The notes beneath the pieces were generated by a model. The model worked only from the letters and a program-made list of their open reading frames with translations. It did not search any database and was not told the DNA's origin. Both the position numbers and the translations under genes were made by a program. DNA of 64,000 nucleotides, from contig JAYWIR010000046.1 of NCBI GenBank assembly GCA_036172245.1, positions 372,001 through 436,000 of the forward strand. Reading direction: 5' to 3'. The DNA is from Raillietiella orientalis. Its lineage: Eukaryota. Shown in pieces: positions 52,410 to 64,000 of this stretch (its first letter is position 1; each line of letters begins with the position of its first letter).

Positions 52410-53506
52410 CCGCTTTCTGAATTTGTCATCGCCTTTATCTGTTTCTCACCCGGGTGCGCCGGGGCGTTTATTTCTAAACTATCCGGGAACTCTGTTCCCG
52501 GACAAAGGACACAAAAAACGAAGGGGGGGATACCCGACATGCAGGTCGGTAAACCGAAAGTCCGGAACGGGAGGGAGGGACCACAAATATACATATAAAA
52601 AATAGAAATAAAGATATGGGGAGGGGAGGGGACAGGGGTCTTTGGTTTGGCCGTCCCTCTCCTTCAGAACCGGCTATGGATGCCGGTGATCTCGCTCCTA
52701 ACGTCCTCTGGAAGATGGGTCCACTCGGCAGCTGACGCTATGTTCACGCCGGCTATTCCGGTGGCCTGATAGCGAATCGCCAATTTCTCCAGCTCTCGGT
52801 GGGCCCTGTCGATGGCGCGGGTGCAACAGACCGTTGCGATTACAGCACCTAAAGACAGGCCGCCTGGCGTGAAGAAGCGGCGCATCAAATTCCTTGCGGT
52901 GTCCCCCTGGAGCAAGAGAGCTGAGGCCATCCTCCACCACAGTCCTTGGAGCACACCGCAGTCCAAGAGCAGGTGCGGGAGCGTCTCCACTTCCCCGCAC
53001 CGTTTATAGTTCGGGGAGACAACTCCCCCGGAAACACGGTTCGTCCACTGGTTGGAGTGAAAACCCCAATGAACCAGCATAATGACCTCTTTCCAGTTCA
53101 AAGGAAACACAGAAGTGTTCAAACAGGAGGGAGGGGCCATAAGTTCTTCGGGGTGCACACTCAAAAGTTCGCTCCACCGAAGGAGTCCCTTCGCGATGTT
53201 GCGAGGCGTGGCGGCGTCTGCCAGCTCGCAAGTCCTCCAGCCGCCCATGGGTCAGGTTGCTCCTGCGATGGCGCAGGCGACCTCCCACCTCGCCGGTAGG
53301 CAGCTATCATCATTTGCCCCGAGGGCTGACAGCGCGTCGGCGAGGGGCGTGACGGCCAGGCGAGTCCACTTTTCTTGGCTATTCCAGACCTCATCCACAG
53401 TACAGTACGCCTTTATCTGTGTTCGCATTCGTGCGCACCACATCACGGAGTAATAGAAACATATCGCTGGTCTCATCTTCGTGAGAGCTTCTGAACCTTT
53501 GCGTTG
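52410..53506 (-). mobile_element. 3' fragment of an L1/Tx1-like retrotransposon related to the 28-31 kb copy (C-terminal zinc finger plus 3' UTR)
   Basis: VFPLNWKEVIMLVHWGFHSNQW...SPNYKRCGEVETLPHLLLDC is a zf-RVT-like CCHC region. It aligns by eye with VPLKWQDSALRPLHWAIPCNAH...TPHCARCGEG of the 28.9 kb copy. Stop codon at 52664, then a 3' UTR with AATAAA. Confidence 0.85.
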
Positions 53507-55559
53507 CATAGGGACCTGAGATAGCGAAATGTGAGAAAAGAAAATACGATGCTGTGTTCACAGAGCGGCAGGAAATTGTCCAACTTCCCAGATGTAGTGA
53601 GTACTGATCATTCTTATGAAAACATGCTCCAGTTTTGAGGAAATCTGATTCTTAAGCAGCCTACCTCTAGGCGCTCCGTCCATTGAGCCTTTGCGTGATT
53701 CTTCGTGGAACCGCGTAGGAATACAAGAGTGGAAATCCCACGAAACCCTCAATCGGATGCGCCCTCTTTCTCAACGTTGCTGTGTTTCTCACATGCTTCT
53801 TGATTTTCATACAGATGCTTTTCCCGTAGTTCCCTCGAAAGTTGTGCACCTAACAAATCAAAATGTGGGGCTGCGTAGCCTTAACAATTAATCTTTCCAA
53901 TTTAGAAATCAGTATCGTAATTAAAAGGAAAGTGGATGCATACGATTTGACCAGGGTTCCATAAATCTCTTTAGCGAAGGCTCCGCAACAAATTCCTGGG
54001 AAAACGCGAGGTATATTCAACGCCGAATATTTCGGCTCGAGAAGACAGAAAATTAAGATGAAACTCTGAAGGGAGAATTTTCCAGAACAGCTTGAGTTTT
54101 TGAAAGATTTATCTGGAAAGAGGTTTTCAGAGGAAGGATTGGGGAGCAGAGAAACGTGTTTTCTGTCGATTCCGCAGCGACCATACCTCAGAACAGCAAA
54201 ATGTAGTCGCGGGTTGTTTCCTCTCGAGACTCAGTCACACAGCTTTGCTTTCATTTATTTCTACCTTCATTTTTTATATTTTTAGAATTTCTTTCTTGAG
54301 CTTTCGAAAGAAAGACTGCCATAGTGTGGACACGCTCGGCAAGAATCGAGCGAGATTGTATCTTTTTACCAGGCAAAAAGCGCAAATCAAAGACGAATCA
54401 ACCTCACCCACAGTGATCAAGCATTTGTACAAAAGAATTCCGGAAGGCGGAGAGGAGCACCAACCGTTTCCTGGTAGCTACTGGAGTGCGAGATCTTTAG
54501 ATGAATCTCGTTAGAATCGCACTTTAGTCATTTCCGATGCTCACCGTTGCCAGACGACAGGAGTGAGTGATGTTTGCAGCACGAAGCCGTAAACCAAGGC
54601 TGTGTAAACGTACAGCCCGTAGATGAACCGAGACTTGCAATAAGAAAAATCACTCGTCTTGCATGATGCAGAATTTTCATGTTTCGTCCATTCTTTGTTC
54701 TTCCCACAGCTGGCAAAATTCAGTTCAGCATTCAGTTTTGCGGAGAAAATTTTCTGTGGCATCATCGAGTACCCCAGCAATAGTCGGAAAGGAATCGTTT
54801 AAGAAAAGTGCTCGCAGTAGAGGAGATTTTTGTCAATAAAAATAATAACTTGAATCCTTTCAGAGATGTCCCATGCTATTTGCACCTGATTGTACAAAAT
54901 TAGTGTGTACATGTTGAAGCGGTTTTCTGGATGCTTCGTCTGCCTAAAGGGTGCACTGATGCCCCCTCCTATGTATTCGTAACAAACTCGGAAGGAAATG
55001 AGAAAATCATGGCAAACTGGATTCTTGCTTTCCTACCAAAAATAAATATTGTTCTTCTGAACCATCTGTACAAAGCTCATTAATCGAATCCGTCTGTTGC
55101 TCAAACCCGCGATGGAAAGCGGTAGGATTTTCTATGCGCAAGTCACATAGAAGACAGGAAACATTTTTGTCCTTGTTATGTAGAGCCTTCTTGGAAATGA
55201 ACATGCATGCATGCTTTTCCTGTAAGTGAATTCAGAATAACATATTTGTAGATAAGAAGCTCTTGCAAGTATTTTTCTTGAACAATTGAATGGCCATCAA
55301 GATAAAAGATATCAGTTACGGCAGGACAGAGAAAAATCCTTTTGAAATCATCATGAAGGAATTGAAGTTCAGTAAGAGCATTCCGACCGTAAATCGGTAA
55401 GTACAAGATCATCTTTCTTGTTTGCCTGTTTCCGTTTAAAACTTCATGTTTGAATTTCGTAGTGTAGTAATTGTTCAGAATAGATCGCAATAGAATGCAA
55501 TGTGATACCTGTTGCGAAAACGGGCAGTGCATTGCATCTATTTCTCACTCGTGAGGGGA

Positions 55560-55565
<6 letters not shown>

Positions 55566-55592
<27 letters not shown>
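55566..55592 (+). repeat. Poly(A) tract, 27 nt
   Basis: Read directly; no clear element body or target-site duplication identified. Confidence 0.9.
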
Positions 55593-57739
55593 GGTGGGAT
55601 ATGTGACCATAATTTTCCATTTCTGGTGCTACTATCGTGTACATTATTGAAATGCGCATGTTGTGTACACTTCATTGTAGAAGAAAATTATTTCCTAAAT
55701 AGATTTTTTCTGGAGAATCCACTCTGAATATGCACTTTACTAAAAAGTGTATATTCATTCTCGTTATCTTCGGAAATTTTCCTTGAATTCGTCTGACTTG
55801 TCGAATTCGTCTCCTGGCAGAACATACATGGCTTTAACGTCCTGCGCCGTTACTGGAATATCTCGAATTTCAAGATGGTTTAGATTGATTATAGAATTTC
55901 GAACATTCGAAAGTGTATGAAATGTCCCTTTCGTGATAGATTGGAAAGCGAATTCATCTAAGATGGGATCAAGTGTTTCTATATTGCATTATTTATTATT
56001 AGCAACTGTTTAATAAAGTAATTGAATGCTTCAGAGTGTAACGCGTTGTGATTTTGAATTTTTTTCCTAGATCTCGATGTTGTGCATTTGAAATTAGCGC
56101 TTAAAAAAAAAGACAAAGCAAAGTAAACTGTAGAGAGCGTTATATATTCAACAAACTGGGTAAACACTCTTATTTTACATTATCTTGATGCTCTTATTTT
56201 AATAATGACGAAACTGCCTTTTTGTGAGTAATGTGTTGCTTAATATGGAGGTCTGATCGTCCCGTAGAAGTTTGATAAAAAGTGACTAAATACGAATTGA
56301 TAATTAAACAACAGAAACTGGACTTTTCTTATGGTTCACGCTTTTGTCAACACTTCTTGCCATCATCCAAAAGGACACCCAATGCGAAACCACTTCGGCC
56401 TGAGATTTAAATATGACTTTTTTTCATTAGGTGTGGTCCCCTCTACAAGACCATTTGAAAGTGAATGATACGCATTTCTAAAGTTGTACACGAAAATAAG
56501 CTTTTGATGTGATGTAAAGAAATGATTAAAGTTTTAGTTCCATGTGATTATGGCCATGAAGCGAAAACCTTAGTGTGTTTCCAAAGTATTATTATCTCAT
56601 TAGTAGTTATTTTTTCATCAGCAAATATGGAACTCGATTTTGAAATCCACGAATTCAAATCTTGCATCGTTTCCTAAAGCCGTTCAACAAATGGAAGAGA
56701 TTCCTGGTTATTAAAAGAAAAAAAAAAACTAATTTAAAACCGACGCTGAAAAGTCGAACGGGAGTCTCATCAAAAAGTTCATCACGGTTCATTGAGCACG
56801 AAGACGGAAAATACCTGCTGCTGTTAGTAACTTCAACCAGCCGTATGAAACTCAAACAGGTGGCATCGTGAAAATTCAGTATAAAACACCGGGAAACACC
56901 GAATTCAGAATAAGCCGTCGAATTGCTTTGTGCTAGAGACTGGATGCGTTGAAACACCAAAGATTGAAAATGTAGTGATCTCGATATGTTCGCCAATGTC
57001 CCTCTCCCATTAACACTTTGGATAGCTATTGCAAACCACTCAATATAAAAAGGCGTACTTAAATTATTCAAAGAGAATCTGTCTTCTGAAAAGACCTGAT
57101 GCATTTTCCTTTCAATAAATCAGTCGTTTTCACATTTCACTCCATCTAATGAGAACCTTCGGACCGAGAAATTCCTTTCAAGATTCAGGGAAGTCTTCTC
57201 GGCAATCCCGAGAACTTAATTACGTAAATGTCAGTGTCTTTAACCCACATGAAGCAACGCCGTTAATTCGAATTTTCTTCTAGAATGACTTTTGGACATC
57301 TCAGTGCGAAGAAATACTCCCTCCGGATTACCCTTTATTTAACAATGTTTAGTCTGGTTATGAACAATTTTAAGCGCGGACACTTAAATGGTACTTAGAG
57401 ATGGGATTTGAGTAACACGCTGTTCCCAAATTGTACAGTTTGTTGAAACGGGAACAGTGTCTTCCGATCACGGTACGCTTGTTTTTCACGTGCTCATATG
57501 CGTGGATGGGAGGCTGATCAGAATGTTTCCTCTCTTCGATCTTATGTTTATCAATAGCAAGCAAGCGTTCAGACGTGCCTATTAGAATCGCCATCCTGCT
57601 TGTTTGACAAGGGCGAAAGAAGATAAAAAGCTAGAAAATGGCGCAGCGGTGAACGCCTCTCGGCTATAGTGAGGGCACAGAATATTTCAAAACCCAATGC
57701 ACAGAATGCGAAAAGAATGAAAACTTCCACCACCTCTTG

Positions 57740-58230
57740 CAAAAGACGCGCGTTCCGCGGTCACCGCCCGAGCGTTTTTGGACAGAAGCTGATCAATTTT
57801 TAGATTACATCTTCTGCATTCCTGCGAGCGGAAGTTCAGAGGAACTCGGGTTGCTGTTCGGAAAACTAATCGGCCACAACTCTCAGGGAAATCCCAATTA
57901 TGCACGTCAGGAAACCCAATGCGTGAGCGAAAAGTGGTGAAGTGACATTCGAAAAACATAAGATTCTGGAGAACCGAACATCATCTTTCGCGTCAGAGAC
58001 ATCCCGGTTTGGTGGAATTCACCTATCGTTTGATCGTTCGGTCTCAACAGTGCCCTTCCGTCGTGGATCCTCTAGAGCAAAAAAAGGCAATTGAATCCTT
58101 CCGAAGGCATCTTCCTGGAGTGGGTGAACCTCCAATGATCAGCGTTGGACCAAAACGTACAGCTGAAAACGATGGGCGTGATTCTCGACCGACTTCTAGT
58201 GCTAACTAACAGGTGGCTGGTTCGGGATTA
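57740..58230 (+). mobile_element. Faint Jockey/I-type RT remnant
   Basis: RVPRS...FLDYIFCIP...LGLLFGK (GVPQGS...FxIYINDIP...LFADD-like), followed by KTMGVILDRLL (KYLGVILDxxL-like). Confidence 0.3.
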
Positions 58231-58619
58231 TCAGGCAATCTCTCCCGATGTCCGAGGTGCCCTGCGTGCTTCGCAGGGCACCGAGGGATCCTCGACTAAA
58301 ATGCGTTCGCTGGAGGCAAACCCTGAAACCCATCTGTAGGGTTTTCAGCGTCATGATCGACTTGTCCCACTAAATACCTGCTGTTATTCAAGATTAATCC
58401 AATTAGATTTAGTGGGAAGAGTACGAGCTAACCCGCACTACTTTTACCGTACATTTCTACGCGCGGGCTTCCCTGTCTTTCCTTCATCCTGGATAGAGGC
58501 AGAGCAGTGTGTCACCGCGGATTTGTCACTGCTGCTAACTCATTTAATCAATCAGCATCGCACAGAACGCACGAAACGGCTTCAATGTTTAGATTTTCGC
58601 CACCTATTTCTGCAGTCGG

Positions 58620-61600
58620 GGTCGCCTTATTGGGCATCTAATTGAGTAAACATGGCTGAGATGAAAGGAAATTGATTTGTTCTTGCGTATAAGCAAAACG
58701 AGGCGCGTTTCCGGGCGCGCATCTGCCGTACGACTGCTCTTGCTGCTCTGCGAGCCGGGAAAGTCGCCAACAAATGTGTTGACAGATTCGTCCGCCTGGA
58801 GTGCCTTCGACTGGTCGGACACGGCGCCGCATCGGCTGGGGGACGAGGAAAGGAGCTGCTCCTTGACCCGGCGCTCGGAACGCAATGCATGCACGCTCAA
58901 AGAGCCGAAAGCCAGAGGAGACCATGCTTGCACCCGTTCCGCTTAAGATTTCGGAAACTTCTCGTACCTCATCGTACTATACGCCCATAGATGACGCTGA
59001 TGAGCGCCTGTTAGTTGGACAGGTCGCCATAATATACCTCGAGAATGTTCGTACATGATATCCGGTACGGAGTATTTAATACTCGTACAATCGTGCAAAC
59101 CATTCATAGTTTCTGTTAGCGAGCCGCCGTAGCACTGCCTCAGCCACTGGAGGAACCAGAAAGCATCCCTCCCACAGCACGTTATCTTCTCAGGCCTCAA
59201 GGATGCGTGCGAGCTCAGATGATTCCAACTTTCTTGGCGAAGTCGCGCGCGCTCGCACTCTGACGTGTCTGAATTCGTGATTGTTCCGCCGCCTCCAGAG
59301 CGTGGACGCAGTCGAATCCCGAGAAGGCTGCAGCCTGGGAAGAATTCAGCCTCCTTTCCTCGCAACGCTGGATCCCTGAAATGGGACGAAACGGGCCCAA
59401 GCGGAAGCTCCGAAGATCAACCAGACGATGGCGGCGGCTCAGCACATTAGAATGCGACAGACCACAAGGAGGAAGTGCGGGAAACCAGAAATGGCGGAGG
59501 GGAGAGGGACCACGTGTCAGGCAGCGCTCGATTGGAGCACGGCCTATGCGAGCGCGGAAGGTTCAAACGCAAGCTGCAGATGGTGGGAGATCCCCCACGA
59601 GGGACTCCTCAGCCAGACTCATGAACATTCCCAGGTGCGGGGGGATGAGCGCCCGTGGGTGAGTAGCACCTCTTTTCGGGGAGAACCAGACAACGAGCTG
59701 CCGGATGCTCCCTACTCCGGGCGCGTTCTTCCGCCCTGCCATCTTCTCTCACGCATGCGCGATTAGCCTGGAAGCGACGGGTCCACTCGCTCCGAAGCCG
59801 CCGCACCCATTGTATAAACCCGACGGGACCTGCGAAAGGGGCCCTCGGTTTTTTTTTTTTCCTCGGGCGAACCGTCCCCCGGGTTTCTCTCCTCCGCTGA
59901 CACGGGCCCGCCGCCGCGTGTTCACTTCGCGGCGCGCACGAGCTCGATGCCCGTGACCCCCGTACCTAGCGCCCTCACAGGCTCGCTCGGGTATCCCGGC
60001 TGAACAGACGCGAGTCTTGAGGGACTCACCCACGAGACCGCGAGCGGAGCAACAGCAATAGCAGCTGCCCTCTTGTCTTAGGGTGCCCTTCGACCGGCTC
60101 CTCGCAGCCGAACGACCTTAGACCTGTCCCTTGCAACCGCTGAAAGCGTCGTTGTTTGCCGTCCCCCTTTTCTCAAGGATCGTAATCCTCCCTATCCCCT
60201 CCGGTCCATTACTCAGCCTACCCCAGGCGGATAGTGCTCCTCAAAGATGTTCGCTTCTCCGCCCTTCTGCTTTCATCCTTAATCCTTACTCGATCAGAGA
60301 CCCCATCCATTACCGCCACATTACTACACATTAGGCGAACCACATGCTTCCTCTGCTTCGCATCTTCCTTGCTGCTCCTCCATCAACAATCCCCTCCCCG
60401 GTCGCTCTTGGAAACCAAAACGCCGATTCTGTAAACCGAACGGCGTCCTCATCTTTCCGCGCCCACCATGTGAGGACCGGGAATGCCCTCCGAACTTCCG
60501 GAAGTGCAGACCGTCTCTTCCGCTTTCCCTGCTTCTCGGGTCTCGCACCCTAGAAACCCCCGCCGCCACCCGGGTCACCCGCCTACCAAACCCGGCCAAC
60601 TCCCGCTCGTAAGACGTTCCCGGCTCAAGATCCTCGCGAAGCTGCTCCTCCTCCAAGGCGATACGGCGGCGGCGGAGAGGTCGTCTAGCACGCGTTGGCA
60701 GCCGCAGTCGACCGCGAAGAGGGAGGTTGCGGCGGAAGCCGCCTTTTCCGCGAGAGAGCGGTCCTCTGCGCCCGCGTCCTGAAGGGCTCGCGGGAGAGTT
60801 CCGGGGAGCGGGGGGTCTTACCCGGGAGGAGCAAAGAAACCCCCGACCACTTTTTTTTCTCCCCGTTTCCCTGGGCGCCGCTATCCTCCTCCGAGAGTTC
60901 GGAATTTTATTAAGAGGCGTCTCATTCCGCCATGAGTGACAGATTGGAGCTGCAGAGCTGCGGACTTTAATAAACGCCTGTAACGGTTTCATGGCGAGGA
61001 GGGGCGAAATCCGGTAAGCCAGAGCGGGATTACAGGCTCGTCGCTAGCCCGGAGTCGAGACCACGACAGACGCGGATGCCGGAAGTCCTTCGCCGAGCTT
61101 CGACCGCCTCGGGAAGGAGGCGTTTCTCGGAGTCGGCTCCGGTGGCTGCGTCACTACCTCGAGCCTCTTCTACCCCTCCGTTCCGAAGATGGCCAACTGC
61201 TCACGGCCGCCTCCCTCAATCAGAGCCGCTTCCTCCGATCCAGCCTCCACCGCTCGGCCTCTTGTCTTCCGGCTTACGAGCACAGGAGGAATGGTTCCCA
61301 TCGTTCCTCCTTGCTCCTCCCCTTTTCTTCCTTCTCTTTCTCCCCTTTCGGGAGCAGCAGGAGAGCAGGGAAGAGGAGGATCGGTCAAAAGGAAACGTCT
61401 CCCGGCACAACCTCCGTCGTCCCCTTCCTCTCTCTCTCACATTGTTAAGAAAAACATCCCAGAAGACTTGCAGCTGCTGCTGGCCTCGCCCTCTGGCCTT
61501 TGCGCTGCGGGCGTCCGGTAAACGCAGGGCTGCGGCTACCGTGGAGCCTCTTCCAGCTCTTCCCTCCTGGCACAGAGCCGATGGAGCGATCTTCCTTTTC

Positions 61601-62900
61601 TCATGTCCAGTTCGCACCTTAACTGGAGATCCTCTCTTCCTTCTCCTTGGGTGTGGAATGCACTTTTTTTTCCAGGAATCTCAGGGAGCCTCCCTCGGTC
61701 TGACCGGGTCCCATTCCTCTTCACCTGCCACTTCGCTTCCGCTTCCTCGACTTGGCGTGCGGAGAGCCCACACGGGTCCTGAGCGGAAGACGGACGCAGG
61801 TCACTATCGGATGCAAGGAAAGGCTTAACGGAAGGAGACAGGACGATCCTCGTCCTTCGAGAAGGGCAAGAATACCAGGAATCTCCCTGACCTCCGTTTT
61901 TCGGAAGCTGCGCGGAATCTCGACGCATGGGAGCAGGGCGAGTGATGCAAGGCACGGAGGCAGATCGGGAAGAAAGAAAAGAAAAAAAAATCGGGGACCG
62001 AAAACGGGTACATGACCTGCAACCAGGTTCAGTCCGGGAGGAAAAGGACCGAGCCGATGCAGATCGGGTAGAGGAGCAGGCTGGAAGTTTTTCTCCTCAA
62101 ATGAGATCGAAGCAGTAGAGGTGAATCGAGAGGAGACTAGAGCTGACCTCCAGATTTGATGGAGCCAGGATGATAGGGTTTTCTGCGGCGGCACGAGCCT
62201 GCATGCTCGGGACCACTCCTCCCGGCCTTCCGCATCGTGCAGCCGGTCGCAGAGGTCGTCGCGTTTCGAGGTCCAGGCACCGAGTCTCGGTCGCCTCGGC
62301 GGAGGAACCTTGGATCGTTCCAGAATGCACCCCTGAGCAGGAGGAAGAGCGCGTAGGAGCATCTCTTTCGTCTCGAACGAAGTGAGGCACTCCGCAGGTA
62401 CAAGGTCTGCCTCTTCGAGAGGAACTTCTTCTAAAGTCCTCATCTAAATCACAGGAAAGACGCCATGCGCACGGACCGTCGTGGACATGAGGAAGGGACT
62501 TGTGGCGGAAGTGGGGGATGAGGGGGGGCGGCATCGCATCCCGCGCCTGACTGGCATCGGAGCGATCTACGACCGCAGTCAGACTTTCCTCCGAACGGGC
62601 GGTGATGAGCACTGACGCAAGCAGCGGCTGAATTTCGCACAGCTTCCAAGCAGCGTTTATCTTCGACTTCCTGGACGCATCTGAGCACGAAAGTCGACCG
62701 GTGAATGGATTTTCGGAAGTCTCCGAGGAAAGTGAGCCCCGGCACTGGGGCCTCAGGCAGCTGGAACACCTGGAGCCAGTTCGATCGGATGCCGAACTCC
62801 GCTTGTTCAAGATGCCCGTTTCCCTTATTTCGAGATCTGCTCTCGGTCACTGATGTCGTCTTCAAATTTTTCCACAGCCTTCTCAGCAGCTCGCTCGCCT
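58620..62900 (-). mobile_element. GC-rich, heavily frameshifted L1/Tx1-like relic with ORF1, APE and RT remnants in order
   Basis: ORF1-like KSLPHVHD...PRFLRRGD...GPEHAGSC at about 62190-62520. APE-like LVG/AGDP and YRIGVLVSK at about 60400-60600. RT-like RDFAKK (about 59231-59247), FLQWLRQCYGG...MNG (about 59100-59160), SPLAF (about 58905-58921), ALQADE (about 58787-58805) and LLIRKNKS. All motifs are degenerate. Confidence 0.5.
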
Positions 62901-63299
62901 AAGGGGGAAGGAATTCAGGGAGGACTGCTCGCGATTCCGGAATCGCATCAGCTCGTCCCGGCAGCGGACTTTGGTCCAAGAGGGTCCCTTCTCTCGAGAC
63001 GTCCGCAAGTTTTTCCCTTCGATTTTCTGCTGCATCTCGGAAGATCAAATGCGGCACTCTTCCAGGAGCCGTAACTTTTGCTCTTCAAAGTCTCGTCTAG
63101 TTCGCACTCCGGATCGAAAATACGAACCACAGAGGACTTCGGGTAGGGTTGAAGAGGGAACCGGAGATGATCTGCGCAGGGAAGGAAAAAGAGGAGAAAA
63201 CATTCCGGAGGGAAAACTTTCCGCGATTCCTCTACCGCAGTTTTTTTTTTTTTTTTTTCCGCCCCTCCCTCCCCCTCTTCTCCCACTCAAAATACGCCG

Positions 63300-64000
63300 G
63301 GGCGAAGAGAGAAAATGTTCACCAGGACCTTCTGACCCACCGCGGGGACCTCCGATTCCTTTAGAAGCGTGCGCGCGGTTGCCAGACGGCAGCACAGGAT
63401 GGCGGACGGGAGGGGGAAGGGAGGGGGAAGCGCGCGAATAGCCACCACCACACACCGCATATGCAGGCGTTTGCAGCACCTGGACTGCTCGTGGGAACGA
63501 ACGGAGATCGATCGATTCTCTGCCCCCTCCCCCGACTTTCTCCTGAGGTCAGGCGGGATTCGAGGTGGCCTTCCGTCTGCAGCTGCGGTACGAGAGTGCG
63601 GCGACCGCCTCCTGCCGTCCTTCGCCCCCGGGTATGCCCGCCCGGCGGGAGAGAAGAGGCGGTCGCTTGCTCTTCCCTTCTTATAAGGGTCGCGGATTTT
63701 TTGGCTGGCGCCCAGAGTAAGACCGGCGACTACGAGTTCGCCGGCGCGCTGCGCAAAGTGTGTTTGCTTTTCCCCTATAGCAAGCATTAGATGTTGGGCT
63801 ACGCCCGCTCATTGAAACAGGGGTGTGTTTCCATGCGGGGGCCGGAGCGAGGCCAATTCCAGAAGAGAAACAGAAACCACGAAGCCTGTTGGACTTACGA
63901 CGCCGGCGGGCGCGCGCCGCTCCGCAGCAACGCGGCGAACCAGTACTGTCGTCAAGGGAATGAGCGCCGAGCGTCGTTGCCGGTGCACTCGGTGCTCGAC
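63300..64000 (-). mobile_element. GC-rich segment: LINE 5' region or a second gag-like remnant
   Basis: HPCFNE...FAQRAGEL...GASQKIRDPYKK loosely resembles triple CCHC knuckles. The alternatives cannot be resolved, and the segment runs off the right edge. Confidence 0.22.

Noticed and set aside
60030..60120. Donor at 60029 as the signal-peptide exon (phase 1, ...GLV-G)
   Set aside because: An in-frame stop lies upstream with no ATG or leader; the 15631-15715 exon fits much better.
61076..62865. Long ORFs (250, 240, 237 aa) as host genes
   Set aside because: Low-complexity Arg/Pro/Ser-rich products overlapping on both strands in GC-rich DNA; better explained as a decayed LINE.
1..64000. Prokaryotic systems (CRISPR, retron, defence operon), tRNA, rRNA or SINE
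   Set aside because: The sequence is intron-containing eukaryotic DNA. There is no repeat-spacer array, cloverleaf or paired A/B boxes, and the RT motifs belong to broken non-LTR elements.

Overview
Eukaryotic, most likely arthropod, genomic DNA. There are no operons, CRISPR arrays or recognisable RNA genes. The one host gene is a receptor (transmembrane) guanylyl cyclase of the Gyc32E type on the minus strand. Three GT-AG, phase-compatible exons (15715-15631, 8376-8084, 7697-7388) splice into a 229-aa signal peptide plus N-terminal ANF-receptor-type ectodomain, and the gene continues off the left edge. The rest (introns and about 48 kb upstream) is a graveyard of decayed non-LTR retrotransposons: clear L1/Tx1-like pieces at about 28.2-30.9 kb and 52.4-53.5 kb, a heavily frameshifted I/Jockey-like element at 1-3.9 kb, a GC-rich L1/Tx1-like relic at 58.6-62.9 kb, and fainter CR1/L2-, RTE- and Penelope-like remnants. 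The most unusual structures are a perfect 312-bp local duplication whose left copy sits between 22-bp direct repeats, an AT-rich fold-back insertion that splits an endonuclease domain, and a perfect 18-bp hairpin. I found no convincing new multi-gene system. Family assignments come from motif recognition by eye without database searches, and TE boundaries are approximate.
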